From a virus, in the IMG/VR virus record IMGVR_UViG_3300029787_000010, positions 40,981 to 104,980 of that record: a DNA stretch of 64,000 bases, one strand, 5' to 3'. A program made the position numbers and the translations under genes. Shown one piece after another: positions 31,280 to 40,807 of this stretch; position 1 is the first letter of the stretch; every line of letters starts with the position of its first letter. The notes below the pieces were generated by a model. That model saw only the letters and a list, made by a program, of their open reading frames with translations, was not told the origin of the DNA and did not search any database.

Positions 31280-32464
31280 TCATGCCAAGTCTCGGATTGA
31301 ACCGTGACCGCCAAAGAAAGTCGTCCATAGTTCTCCCATGGTTCGGTACAGTCCCTCTTGACCGAGGCGGTTGATGGCGAATGGGTCACCGGTTTCAATT
31401 CCGGATTCGTAGTATTGCGTTGGCTTAGCCACACTAAAGTGCAGGTAGTCCGTATCAAGGAAGTACATTCGGCTGATACCGTCTGCGGCGACATCCTTGG
31501 AAGGAATGATTGGAACGCCGTTGTAGGTAGCCACGATGAAACCGGCTTCAATACCGGGAACACCCTTCACACCGTTGAAGGTAGGGGTGACTCGCTTCTC
31601 TTCCATGAATCGCTGTTGTGCTTGGAGGAGTTGTTGGATTCGCATCAAAGTGTCGTAGCCCGTAAGGATAACCTTGGGGTTGCCACCACGGACCCAAATC
31701 TTCTGAAAGATGTCGTCAAGGTGGTCAAGACTGAGAACACGCTCCGTCAAACCAGCGTCGGCTGCGATGCTGACTTCTGCGTTGGACCAAGTGTTAGCAC
31801 TGCGGTCAATGCTGTAGATGTCAAGGTCAGCAGCGTCGCTTACATGCGCAGTGTGAGTGGTGGAAGAGCCACCGCTCACGGTTGCGGCGTATGCAGTACC
31901 GGTGCTGTCCATGGTGCTTGAAGCGGTGACACGGTCCAAGGACTCGTAGTCGTTGCCGGCAGGGGTGTCAACATCTTGCGTGAGCATTTTGTTGATTTCT
32001 TCTGCGTGGTGCTTACCCATTTCTTCCTTGAGGATGGAACGGATGTCGCCAAGTCCATCGTCCTTGTCGTTAAGGAAAATGGCCATTTCGCTCATGTCAA
32101 AGGTGTGAGCGATGGTCTTTGGCTTTGCAGCGATGTTTTGGAAGGTTGGCTTCGTCGTTTCGGGAAGCGTTCCGTTCTCAGCAATTCCGCCGCCCTTGGT
32201 AGAGTCGGGGCGAGCGGTGACAACACGCCATCCGCTTCGGTCCCAAGGCTTCTTTGGAAGAATGGAGAAGGCGTTGAACTCTTGGTTCAATTGCGACCAA
32301 ACTTTGCGTCCGTAGATGGCTTGGTAGGTACCAGCCGTGGTGGACAACATTGGTGCGTCAGCCTTCAAAAGTTCACTACCGGAGTAGGCGTAGCCCATGT
32401 TGGAGCCAGCGCCGTAGTAGTAGCGTTCCATGTCGTTAATTGTGCGTAGGTAATTTCTTGCCAT
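31280..32464 (-). CDS. Major capsid protein (HK97 fold, halovirus/magrovirus-like)
   Basis: 394 aa after the protease; 'YGRKVWSQLN', 'LPKKPWDRSGWRV', 'YNGVPIIPSKDV' and 'YRTMGEL'; short propeptide ending ELLK|ADAP. Confidence 0.9.
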   Translation of the reverse strand: MARNYLRTINDMERYYYGAGSNMGYAYSGSELLKADAPMLSTTAGTYQAIYGRKVWSQLNQEFNAFSILPKKPWDRSGWRVVTARPDSTKGGGIAENGTLPETTKPTFQNIAAKPKTIAHTFDMSEMAIFLNDKDDGLGDIRSILKEEMGKHHAEEINKMLTQDVDTPAGNDYESLDRVTASSTMDSTGTAYAATVSGGSSTTHTAHVSDAADLDIYSIDRSANTWSNAEVSIAADAGLTERVLSLDHLDDIFQKIWVRGGNPKVILTGYDTLMRIQQLLQAQQRFMEEKRVTPTFNGVKGVPGIEAGFIVATYNGVPIIPSKDVAADGISRMYFLDTDYLHFSVAKPTQYYESGIETGDPFAINRLGQEGLYRTMGELWTTFFGGHGSIRDLA

Positions 32465-32482
32465 TTTTCATCATCTCCTGTT

Positions 32483-33355
32483 TCAGTTAAATGCTCTCCC
32501 AGCCAGTTGGTGGACTTCGTCCCATGACATGTTTGCCATGTCTTCGGTGGAAGGAATGGTGATGGATGGTGCGGCTTCCGACTTGCGGAGCGTTGCACCT
32601 TCGCCAGTGGCGAGGCCGTCAATTCGTGCACTGAGGGAGGCAACTGCCTTCTCAATGGATGCGAGTGGGCCACGAGCGTCAAACTGGGAAGCACGGCGGG
32701 TTTCAACCTCAGCCGTTTGTTCCTTGGCAAGACGGTCAGCGAACACAGCGCCGAGGCTGCTCTTGAGTTGCTTCTCAACGGAAGCAGCCTTGTAAGCAGC
32801 GTAGGCTTCCTCAACTTGTGCTGGGGTCAAATCGCTCGGGGACAAGAATCCCTTAGCAACTGAGCCGCCGGAGCCGCTGTTGAGTTTGCCGATGGCGTTG
32901 GTGGAAGGAGAGCCGTTCTCTTGAGCACGGCCCTTGACTTGCCCAGCGAAGTAATCAGCGCCGTCGCCGATGGATTCGGGGGTAGAGCCAAGGTTGGCTT
33001 TGGAGAGTTCGTCAAAGTGCGAGCGAGCACCATCAGTGTCTACACCAGCGGATTTGAGAGTGTTCTCCATCCAGTGGAGGTAGTCTTCTGTAATCACATC
33101 GCTGTACTCACCTTTGTTCATGCTGTGGCCGTACATGCCTTCCTTTTTGTCTTCGTCATCTGCCATTTCCTCACCTTTGTCTTCGGTTTTTTTGTCTTCG
33201 GTTTTTTTGTCTTCGGGCTTGTCGTCCTTCTCGTCCTTCTTGTCGTCCTTCATGTCAGCAAAAGGGTTTTCGCCCTTTTCCATGGCATCCAGTCGCAGGT
33301 TAATTCGGTCAAGAACTGATGACAGTTCGCCCATTGCTTCGTTTTCGTTGGTCAT
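32483..33355 (-). CDS. Nested in-frame scaffolding protein (internal start)
   Basis: AAGGAGG precedes the in-frame ATG at 33355 (MTNENEAM), right after the protease domain ends. Confidence 0.55.
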   Translation of the reverse strand: MTNENEAMGELSSVLDRINLRLDAMEKGENPFADMKDDKKDEKDDKPEDKKTEDKKTEDKGEEMADDEDKKEGMYGHSMNKGEYSDVITEDYLHWMENTLKSAGVDTDGARSHFDELSKANLGSTPESIGDGADYFAGQVKGRAQENGSPSTNAIGKLNSGSGGSVAKGFLSPSDLTPAQVEEAYAAYKAASVEKQLKSSLGAVFADRLAKEQTAEVETRRASQFDARGPLASIEKAVASLSARIDGLATGEGATLRKSEAAPSITIPSTEDMANMSWDEVHQLAGRAFN

Positions 33356-33889
33356 TGTGGTGTCCTCCTTCAATATACGGAAGGTTGCTTCGGGGTTTAT
33401 CCCTTTTTCACAAATGGTAACCTCGTGTAGTTCCAGTTTGGAGATTTCCGTGTAGTCGCCATGTTGGCTGTCGGATTTGTTGACACGCTTGAAAGCCTGT
33501 CCTCCAATACTGAATCCACGAAGGGACCCTTTGCGAATTTCATTGGCAACTTCTCGTGCCTTCTCAATGTCATCACGAACTTTGATGACGACAAACAGAC
33601 CAGCGTCATCAACACCGGACTTCCAAAGTCGGCCACTGCTGTCGGTGTAAGCATCAATGACGCTGCCGACTTGGATGTTAGAGTGAGCCAACTGAACATT
33701 GCGGAACTCTTGGGACTTCATGAATCCGTCAAAAGCATTTTTGAGTGCGCCTCGGGTAATCAAGTCCCCTTGCTTGTCCACCATTTCAACGGAGGCATAG
33801 CCTGCGACAACAAGGTCACCGCTGCTCTTGAGTACCGAGAGACTACCCGTCTGAGAGAACGGGGAGGTTCGGAGAGCAGTGGCCATCAT
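32483..33889 (-). CDS. Prohead protease (HK97-type serine protease) fused to scaffold
   Basis: 'VAGYASVEMVDKQGD', catalytic-type His in 'QLAHSN', Ser in 'GFSIGG', 'LHEVTI...NPEA'; acidic and coiled-coil C-terminal half. Confidence 0.9.
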   Translation of the reverse strand: MMATALRTSPFSQTGSLSVLKSSGDLVVAGYASVEMVDKQGDLITRGALKNAFDGFMKSQEFRNVQLAHSNIQVGSVIDAYTDSSGRLWKSGVDDAGLFVVIKVRDDIEKAREVANEIRKGSLRGFSIGGQAFKRVNKSDSQHGDYTEISKLELHEVTICEKGINPEATFRILKEDTTMTNENEAMGELSSVLDRINLRLDAMEKGENPFADMKDDKKDEKDDKPEDKKTEDKKTEDKGEEMADDEDKKEGMYGHSMNKGEYSDVITEDYLHWMENTLKSAGVDTDGARSHFDELSKANLGSTPESIGDGADYFAGQVKGRAQENGSPSTNAIGKLNSGSGGSVAKGFLSPSDLTPAQVEEAYAAYKAASVEKQLKSSLGAVFADRLAKEQTAEVETRRASQFDARGPLASIEKAVASLSARIDGLATGEGATLRKSEAAPSITIPSTEDMANMSWDEVHQLAGRAFN

Positions 33890-33913
33890 TGCTGCCGAAT
33901 ACTCTTGTCATGG

Positions 33914-33921
33914 TATTTAAT
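33914..33921 (-). promoter_or_regulatory. Putative archaeal TATA box for the protease-MCP unit
   Basis: ATTAAATA ends 24 nt before ATG 33889. Confidence 0.5.
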
Positions 33922-36900
33922 CAGTATGGATGACAGCCTTCTCGTCTGTAAGTTCCAAATCGCCTTGCAGTGCGTCGTTTTTAGGAAACTTTTTCTTGTC
34001 TTCGGCCGATTCCTTCTCATCACGCTCAATGTCACGGACATCGTAATCGGGCATGGTTTTAGCATCGTTGAGGTTCGTGGGACCACTGGGTGATTGGATT
34101 GGTGTAGCAAAGTCAAAGCCCAAACCTTTGGCTCCCCCGTGATAGTCGCCAACAGCACCAACGCTGCTCTTCTCCAACAGTCGCTCTAACAGCAACAGGC
34201 TCTTGCTAAGGATATGGCGTTTCTTGCGCTTCCATTCTGTGCCCTCTACTTTGTGAGGTTCGGTAAGTGGTTCGGCTGGTTCTGTAGATTCTTTGACCTC
34301 AGCCTTTTCTTCAATCTCCAACTTGCCCTTGAGAAGCACACCGACAACTGGGGACCAAAACGGTCGTTGATTTTCACTAAGGCGAAGCACATGCGGGTTG
34401 TCAGCCTCGGGCGTATGCACCGACCACTCGTCGCCCCGTACTGTCGCTTTGTAAACTACGGCACTGTCGCCGATTTTGATTTGAACATGCCTGCCCTTTC
34501 GGAACACTTCTACAGGGTGATGATACAACTCACCCTTCGCCAGCATGGACAGGGATTCGGAACTAACCAGCCCTTCACCCTCGGCCTCGCCTTCAATTTT
34601 GGGAGCGTGCACGGTGTAAACTTTCTGTCGCTCGGAAGCCTCAGTCTCTGTTACATTGGTGACATCTACACGCACCAAATCTCCAACATCATACTTGTCT
34701 TCACTTTGGAATGATGCACCCACATCCATGTAGTCATCCCCGTCATGCTTGACACGACGGTCACCTAAGTCTTCGCCGTGTGCGATAGGGCCGGTGCCAA
34801 GACGATACTGATACGGACCTTCGCCACGGCGGTCAAGCACCATAAGCACAACCTCCGAGCCGGGCTGGAGCATTACCCACTTTGGATGGCGTGGCTCACC
34901 CTTCATGTAAGCAGACTTAGCGTCCCGCATCAAAATGCGTGGACCTTCCAAGTTCTTGACAGCCGACTTCAAGCCAGCATCATCGGTGAGTTTCGTGTCG
35001 GATGCACTGGGCGTATGAACCATCTCCACGCTTTCAAGTGCTCCTCGCAAAACCTTGATGCGCTCTTGGATGGGCATGTCGTAGGTGTCGCTGCCGTCAA
35101 ACTCCAGTATGTCAAAAATGTGGATGACATCCTTTCCACGAATAGCGTCAATCACGAAGTCTTTGTCACTGACTTTCTTGAACGCAGCCTTTTCTTCATC
35201 CGACAGGTCTGCTTTGGATTCAATGTCGCCGTCCTTTTTGGTAACAAAGAAGCGGGGGCCTTCGGGAAAGTCGCTGACAATCCAGTCGCCCGTGAAGCCT
35301 TTCAAATGCTCCATGTCGTCCAATTCAAAAATGCGGTGCATGGCTTGCAGCGATGGCACACCGTCCGGCATATCCTTGCGGATAAAGTCCGGATTTGTGA
35401 GCGAAGCCAAGAGCGAAGGGCCATCCATCTTGTTACGCTGAGCACTGACTTGCTCATTATGCCTTCGGCCGATGGCGCTCTCCCGCATGCTACGAGGGCG
35501 CTCCTCGTTGGCTACTTCCGAACGGTGGTCCCCAAAGTAAGCACGATGCTCCGGAGCGAGCGCATGAGCGTTTTCCAAAGTAGGTGTGACCAACGATTCT
35601 TTTTGGGGCTCATCACGGCGATAAATCTGCATGTTGCCGTCTTCATCAATGTGACAGCCAAGTGACACATCGTGAATGTGACCCCAGTTCATGCGATAGG
35701 CAGGACTGTCGTACAACGACTGGACACCATCGCCGTCATGCCCGCCGGCTCGCCCGATGTGCTTGTACTTGAGTGCCTTTTCTCGCTTGATGTGCGTTGG
35801 TTTAACTGCCGGCTCGTGCCCTTCGGGCATGATAAGGAACGAATCAAGGATGTCCAATTTACGATGGGCCTTCGCATTATGCTTGTCTTTGACCTTTGTC
35901 CCCTTTTTGGGGCGTGGTTTTTCAGCAATAAAATCCCCATCAGCAAGAAGCAGTGCATTATCAGCCGTCTGTCCCTTATCGCTCAGCATCACATTTTTCA
36001 ATTGATTTAGAGCATCATTGATACGGGCTCTTCGTTGGTGGCGTGGAGCATTCGGGTGATTATCAGCAACTTTGTGGGGCTTGCCCCGAATGTTGTTTTC
36101 CAACATGATTTGATGCGGCATGGCACTACGGCTCATCGCAGCAAACTTTGGCTGAGCGTCACCGTTCTCATCAATGTAATACGACAGGTCATCCTTGACA
36201 TGGGCGTGAAGGTCGCCCATTCCCCGTAAGTTAAGTTCCTCTATGCCGCCAACATTTTGCAGAAACTGGGCCACCGGCATGACATGAAACGCTTGTTCAG
36301 CGGGGAACTTGTCACGCAATTTTTTGTGAACTGCTCTCAATTTAGCCACGGCTTCGTCCCGTGCAATGTTGGTCTTACCGGCTGCCTTGTTGCCTTCAAG
36401 GTCATACTCGGCTGCTTGCATGCCCAAGGCCTCAAGCCAGTCTTCGGCTTCATTCTCCAACGACAAAGGCTCCCCATGCAATTGTGGTGCAAGATGCTGC
36501 ACATTGAGTCCAATTTGAGCAAGGAGCAAACCCTTTCTACCAGTTTTGCTTTCCACTTCGTCAAAACTCGGATGCAGTGCCTGTAGTCCGTGCGCTTCGT
36601 GTGGGGCCTTGTTGGCAAAAGTGTTACCGTGTCGCATAGCCCAAGCCACGGCTGTGGCCGGACCCATGTCCGCTATGGGGTCAAAACCCTGCTCGTAGGC
36701 TGCTCGCATAACTTGCTGAGCCGCCTGCTCAATCACACTGTTATGGTTGGTCAAAATCTCGTGCATGGTGTCGTGTTCACGGTTTCGGGGTTCCTCTCCC
36801 GGTTTGACCTCTTCATAATGTTGGTCCAAGTCCTTCTCAAGCGCCCTCATTTCAGCGTAGAGTTCCTTCAAAGCCTGTGCCTTTTCGTCAATTTTTTCTT

Positions 36901-39604
36901 GGTGATGGGCACTGGTATCGCTGTTCCTTTCTTGCTCTTCAAGTAGCGCATCCAGTTCCTCTTGCACATCAAAATAATCATTGGTAATATGGTCCAACTC
37001 TTCTTCCTTTTGCATGGCCAGTCGGCGATGAGGAGTATCGTCCAATGAAGGCGCAGTTTCCATAACCGAATCTCGTTGGCGACGAAGGTCGTCCTGCAAT
37101 TCTTCCTGCTCTTGGATTTCAGTAGAAATGATGTTCATGGCATTTTCTTTCTGCTCGTCCGTCATGTCTGTTGTGGGAACACGAGCAACTTGCTCCCGCA
37201 AAAACTGCAACCTGTCTTGAGAAGTCGCAATCTGCTCGTCTATCTCTACAGCAGCAGGGAGCGTTTGCTCGCCTTCACGCAGCGGCGAAATGTCCTCCCT
37301 CCGGCGAAGAATTTGGTTTTCTTCACTGGGTCTACGCATAACACGAGCAAACTCAGCCGCATCACCCGTCGTGTGGTGAGCGTCGTCGGGTACTGCCGAG
37401 CCGTGATGGATGCCCGACTGAGGGTTCCCCGGAGGAGCAGCCAGTCCCAAATAGGTCGGAGCAGCATGGTGATGACGGGATTCCAAGAAATCAACATCGG
37501 TGTTGCCCAAGTGATAGTACGGGTTGCTGACAGTGACGAGTGCATTTTTCCTGTTCATGAAATGCTCGTCAAGGTGCGCACCGGCTGCTGCAAATCCTTC
37601 GCGTGTTCCGGCTGCGACCAAGTCATGAAACTCTTGAAATTGCTCATCGTGATAACTGCCCGACCACGAACTCTTGTTTCGTGCGGCATGACGGTTGCCT
37701 GCGAATGTTAAACCTCTGCTGACCCCTGCGGGATTCATAGCCGAAGCGAGGTCCGTTGGGTCACGAGCGATGTACTGCCCGTCAACACGCGATGCGTTGA
37801 CTTCGGGCGGAGCAAACGGAGCAGCAAGCCCTCCAGTGTGGACCACGGCTCCGCCCCGACCGGAAATGGCCAAATTCTTCGCAGCCTCCTGTGCTGGCGT
37901 TAGTTCGGGTATCTCAGACAATACACCTCGCTCACCCTCACCAACAACTTCGGGAGCCTCTACTGAGATGGGGCCTTGTGTGTGATGCGTTTTTCCGTCC
38001 GGCGTAGCAAACGCAGCGTGACGCATGTCTTCCACCGTGCGGTAAGTTTTACCGTGACCGCCTGTGCCATGAAGTGTCCAGTGAGTCGCCAATGTACGAG
38101 GGCGGCCTCCGGTGTAGGCTTCCGGATGCCCACCGTTGCCCTCGGTTCTCACGGAGTGGTTGACATGAAATTGCAGGGCGTTGCGAATATCGTTTTGTGC
38201 CTTGAATGAAGAACGCTCCTCGTCAACGGCTGTCAAGAAGTTTTCAATGTCCTGTGGCGTCCATGTGACAAGGCTACTCTTTGGCTCCCATCCGCTGTAA
38301 AACGGATGCTCACCAGCAGGGTAAAACTCGTACCCAGCCTCATTCTGCTTCGGACGAACACCCGCTGCAAGAAGCAATTCTTTACGACTGATAGCACGAG
38401 CATCCAGTTGTCCGTTTTTGTCGCCTTCAACCTGCCTTCGGGTCAACGGCTTCAATTTAATTTCACCGTCTGCATCAACCTTCAAAAAATCATAACCGTG
38501 TTTCGGCTTTTGAGCAGTTTTGTACTTGTCTCGCCTGCGCGTCTCAATATCGGTGTGATACTTATGGTGGGCTGCAATCCCTTGATAAAACGAATTTCCA
38601 AGCGACCCAGTCATTCGGCTGTAGAAGAAAGTGCGACTGTCTTTGTTTGAAGGCGTAGGGACGATAGGCGAGCGTATGGGTTCACCCAAGTTCATCGGTG
38701 CTCGTGTAAAGTGCTTATGATAGCCCGACTCTCGTTGTGCACGGCTGTACTTTGCTCGGGGCACTGAGTAATCCATATCAAGTTCCGGTATGCGCTGGTG
38801 GTCGGGTGATTCTGTCCCGTGTTCTTTCATATGTGCACGAGCAATCCGACGCTTGCCCCTTGTCATCCACTCCATGCCCTCAAAGTAGTCCTTCTCACCC
38901 AACTTCCACTCGGGGTCGTTTTGCCATTTACGCTCATAATCGTCAAGGTGCACTTTCCGGAAAAATTGTTTCAAAGCGGCTTCGTTTTGACCACCTGCAA
39001 TCATGCCTTCCATGGCAGTTTTTGGCGTAGCGCCACCCAAGTTGTCAAGTGGCGTGTCCATCCACTCAGCAAAGTTGTCTTCGTAACGAGCGTGATGAGT
39101 GTGCTCGCTGTCCAATCTACCCATAGCCATGTAGGAAAGAATCGGGTGTATTTGCCCGCCAATACCGGAACTCATGTGGTGCAGAACCCAAGACATTTCT
39201 GCATCAGCGTCCTCTTTGGACTGGCCGGATTCGTAAAACGACCGCACTTTGCGGATATGCAGTGGTGCAATGCCGATTTCGGGATGGGCTTCCAAAAGCG
39301 GGTTGAACTCGGGATGGACGGGGGAAGTGTCGGCGAAGTGCCCGGCTTCGGAATAGGTCTGCTGAGTGGTAGGTGCATTAACACCTTCGTGTGTCCACCG
39401 TCCGCTCATGTCGCCCAAGTCTTGGACGCCCGTCATTCGCTCAGCATGCGGGTGAGCAGGAGCCAGCGTTTCTTGGATGAAAGTCCCGCCCGTATCGGTA
39501 AGTGTAGGGCTGGTTTCGGGGACGAGGGTTTGAGTGTCAATTTGAGCACTCGTGGCTTGGTCAGCCTGTTCAAACTGGTCTTTGAGAAGAATGTCGTCCG
39601 ACAC
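33917..39604 (-). CDS. 1895-aa head-module protein with C-terminal degenerate ATP-dependent DNA-ligase-like (NTase + OB) domain
   Basis: Ligase motifs recognisable at about 34.6-35.3 kb ('IHIFDILEFDGSD...PIQERIKVL', 'SAYMKGEPRHPKWVML'), but motif I KxDG reads SDFPEG; lies between portal and protease. Confidence 0.75.
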   Translation of the reverse strand: MSDDILLKDQFEQADQATSAQIDTQTLVPETSPTLTDTGGTFIQETLAPAHPHAERMTGVQDLGDMSGRWTHEGVNAPTTQQTYSEAGHFADTSPVHPEFNPLLEAHPEIGIAPLHIRKVRSFYESGQSKEDADAEMSWVLHHMSSGIGGQIHPILSYMAMGRLDSEHTHHARYEDNFAEWMDTPLDNLGGATPKTAMEGMIAGGQNEAALKQFFRKVHLDDYERKWQNDPEWKLGEKDYFEGMEWMTRGKRRIARAHMKEHGTESPDHQRIPELDMDYSVPRAKYSRAQRESGYHKHFTRAPMNLGEPIRSPIVPTPSNKDSRTFFYSRMTGSLGNSFYQGIAAHHKYHTDIETRRRDKYKTAQKPKHGYDFLKVDADGEIKLKPLTRRQVEGDKNGQLDARAISRKELLLAAGVRPKQNEAGYEFYPAGEHPFYSGWEPKSSLVTWTPQDIENFLTAVDEERSSFKAQNDIRNALQFHVNHSVRTEGNGGHPEAYTGGRPRTLATHWTLHGTGGHGKTYRTVEDMRHAAFATPDGKTHHTQGPISVEAPEVVGEGERGVLSEIPELTPAQEAAKNLAISGRGGAVVHTGGLAAPFAPPEVNASRVDGQYIARDPTDLASAMNPAGVSRGLTFAGNRHAARNKSSWSGSYHDEQFQEFHDLVAAGTREGFAAAGAHLDEHFMNRKNALVTVSNPYYHLGNTDVDFLESRHHHAAPTYLGLAAPPGNPQSGIHHGSAVPDDAHHTTGDAAEFARVMRRPSEENQILRRREDISPLREGEQTLPAAVEIDEQIATSQDRLQFLREQVARVPTTDMTDEQKENAMNIISTEIQEQEELQDDLRRQRDSVMETAPSLDDTPHRRLAMQKEEELDHITNDYFDVQEELDALLEEQERNSDTSAHHQEKIDEKAQALKELYAEMRALEKDLDQHYEEVKPGEEPRNREHDTMHEILTNHNSVIEQAAQQVMRAAYEQGFDPIADMGPATAVAWAMRHGNTFANKAPHEAHGLQALHPSFDEVESKTGRKGLLLAQIGLNVQHLAPQLHGEPLSLENEAEDWLEALGMQAAEYDLEGNKAAGKTNIARDEAVAKLRAVHKKLRDKFPAEQAFHVMPVAQFLQNVGGIEELNLRGMGDLHAHVKDDLSYYIDENGDAQPKFAAMSRSAMPHQIMLENNIRGKPHKVADNHPNAPRHQRRARINDALNQLKNVMLSDKGQTADNALLLADGDFIAEKPRPKKGTKVKDKHNAKAHRKLDILDSFLIMPEGHEPAVKPTHIKREKALKYKHIGRAGGHDGDGVQSLYDSPAYRMNWGHIHDVSLGCHIDEDGNMQIYRRDEPQKESLVTPTLENAHALAPEHRAYFGDHRSEVANEERPRSMRESAIGRRHNEQVSAQRNKMDGPSLLASLTNPDFIRKDMPDGVPSLQAMHRIFELDDMEHLKGFTGDWIVSDFPEGPRFFVTKKDGDIESKADLSDEEKAAFKKVSDKDFVIDAIRGKDVIHIFDILEFDGSDTYDMPIQERIKVLRGALESVEMVHTPSASDTKLTDDAGLKSAVKNLEGPRILMRDAKSAYMKGEPRHPKWVMLQPGSEVVLMVLDRRGEGPYQYRLGTGPIAHGEDLGDRRVKHDGDDYMDVGASFQSEDKYDVGDLVRVDVTNVTETEASERQKVYTVHAPKIEGEAEGEGLVSSESLSMLAKGELYHHPVEVFRKGRHVQIKIGDSAVVYKATVRGDEWSVHTPEADNPHVLRLSENQRPFWSPVVGVLLKGKLEIEEKAEVKESTEPAEPLTEPHKVEGTEWKRKKRHILSKSLLLLERLLEKSSVGAVGDYHGGAKGLGFDFATPIQSPSGPTNLNDAKTMPDYDVRDIERDEKESAEDKKKFPKNDALQGDLELTDEKAVIHTD

Positions 39605-39617
39605 ACCATCACCGCCT

Positions 39618-40040
39618 TCAAAGGCGGCTTTGGAGTTTCTGCACCGCTTTGCGAAGTTCGCTCAAAGCAAACTTATGCTCATCAGCACCGACAAGACTCT
39701 TTTGCACTTTTTGCGAACCGCCGTCAAGGAAGTGAGCATCCAAGGTGGAGAGAGCCGTAGGGTAGTGAGGGTTCTTGTCAAGGACATTTGATTTCTCGGA
39801 GGTAGCCCCTTTGTTGGCAATGTCTTCTACACTGATGGTGCGTTGGTTGGTGCTGTAGTATTGGTTCTGCACACCGGTTTCACCGCCGACCTGTACATGA
39901 AACTGAACATCACCGAGGTCAGTGCCTTCTTTTTGAGTGAATCCAACGCCCTGCTCCTTGAGCAAACGCTGTTCCAACTCAATGGCTTCTTTCAACAGTT
40001 GGTCAAACTCGGGGTCCCGTGGTTCAAATCGTGGCTTCAT
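39618..40040 (-). CDS. Hypothetical head-morphogenesis protein (140 aa)
   Basis: GAGTGAT upstream; several hydrophobic-x-K motifs; packed operon. Confidence 0.65.
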   Translation of the reverse strand: MKPRFEPRDPEFDQLLKEAIELEQRLLKEQGVGFTQKEGTDLGDVQFHVQVGGETGVQNQYYSTNQRTISVEDIANKGATSEKSNVLDKNPHYPTALSTLDAHFLDGGSQKVQKSLVGADEHKFALSELRKAVQKLQSRL

Positions 40041-40044
40041 GGTA

Positions 40045-40428
40045 TCACTCTATTCCAGTTTGGTTACCGAGGGCTCCTGCGCTCTTGGCCTCGGCGGCAA
40101 GTTGATGAATATCATCCCAATTCATCTCATGGAACGCTTGGTTAGAAGTTGGAATATCAATCCCATCACCGTTATCGTTCTTCAAGATGTCATAGTGAGA
40201 ATCGCCTCGGAACATGTCGGGCATGACATCTACAGGTGCAGCCGTCTTGCGGGACACAAATCCAGCCTTTTTCAACAAGGCTGCTGGGTCGCCAACCAAT
40301 CCTTTGAGAACTTCGTTCTCGGCTTTTAACACTTGCAGATTGCTGTCCATGACTTCCATTTTAGAAATCAATGCGTTCATCAACTGTTCTGCGACGCTCC
40401 CCTCATTGTCGTCAGTCAAGTTGTTCAC
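40045..40428 (-). CDS. Scaffold-like small protein (127 aa)
   Basis: Coiled coil; C-terminal 'MNWDDIHQLA' matches the scaffold C-terminus 'MSWDEVHQLA'. Confidence 0.65.
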   Translation of the reverse strand: MNNLTDDNEGSVAEQLMNALISKMEVMDSNLQVLKAENEVLKGLVGDPAALLKKAGFVSRKTAAPVDVMPDMFRGDSHYDILKNDNGDGIDIPTSNQAFHEMNWDDIHQLAAEAKSAGALGNQTGIE

Positions 40429-40429
40429 C

Positions 40430-40777
40430 TCAAAGTGTTCGGTTGTTGCGCCGGCTCATGATAGGACCACGGCGTGAAGTACGAATAGTACCGGGTAGCA
40501 CACGCTCAGTAGTTGCGTGAACACTTTGCACTTCACTGAACTTACGCACAGGTACACCGCCTGCATAAATGTCGTTTACACCAGTTGAAGCAGGCGTAGC
40601 GGATTTGGTGATGGCCGAGGAAACATCTTCGGACAAGTATTCAGCAAACTTGCGCACTTGATTGATGTGGTCTACTGCGCTGTTTTGGTCGTTATTTTCC
40701 AACGCTTTGTAAAAAGCATCAACATGACTGCGCATTTTGCGTGCCATCGGGTCCAGTTTCAAGAGGTCCATGTTCAT
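40430..40777 (-). CDS. Hypothetical protein (115 aa)
   Basis: ORF after the portal with a TATA-like element upstream. Confidence 0.65.
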   Translation of the reverse strand: MNMDLLKLDPMARKMRSHVDAFYKALENNDQNSAVDHINQVRKFAEYLSEDVSSAITKSATPASTGVNDIYAGGVPVRKFSEVQSVHATTERVLPGTIRTSRRGPIMSRRNNRTL

Positions 40778-40794
40778 CCCACTACTACCTTTGT

Positions 40795-40804
40795 CTTTAA
40801 GTTT
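40795..40804 (-). promoter_or_regulatory. Putative TATA-like element
   Basis: AAACTTAAAG ends 17-23 nt before ATGs 40777/40771. Confidence 0.4.
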
Positions 40805-40807
40805 GCT

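Noticed and set aside
33176-33215. 15-nt tandem repeat with homopolymer runs as a phase-variation site
   Set aside because: It is an in-frame repeat encoding EDKKT in an acidic scaffold linker, which is ordinary low complexity.
33917-39604. Annotating this gene as an active DNA ligase
   Set aside because: The catalytic Lys of motif I and other conserved residues appear substituted.
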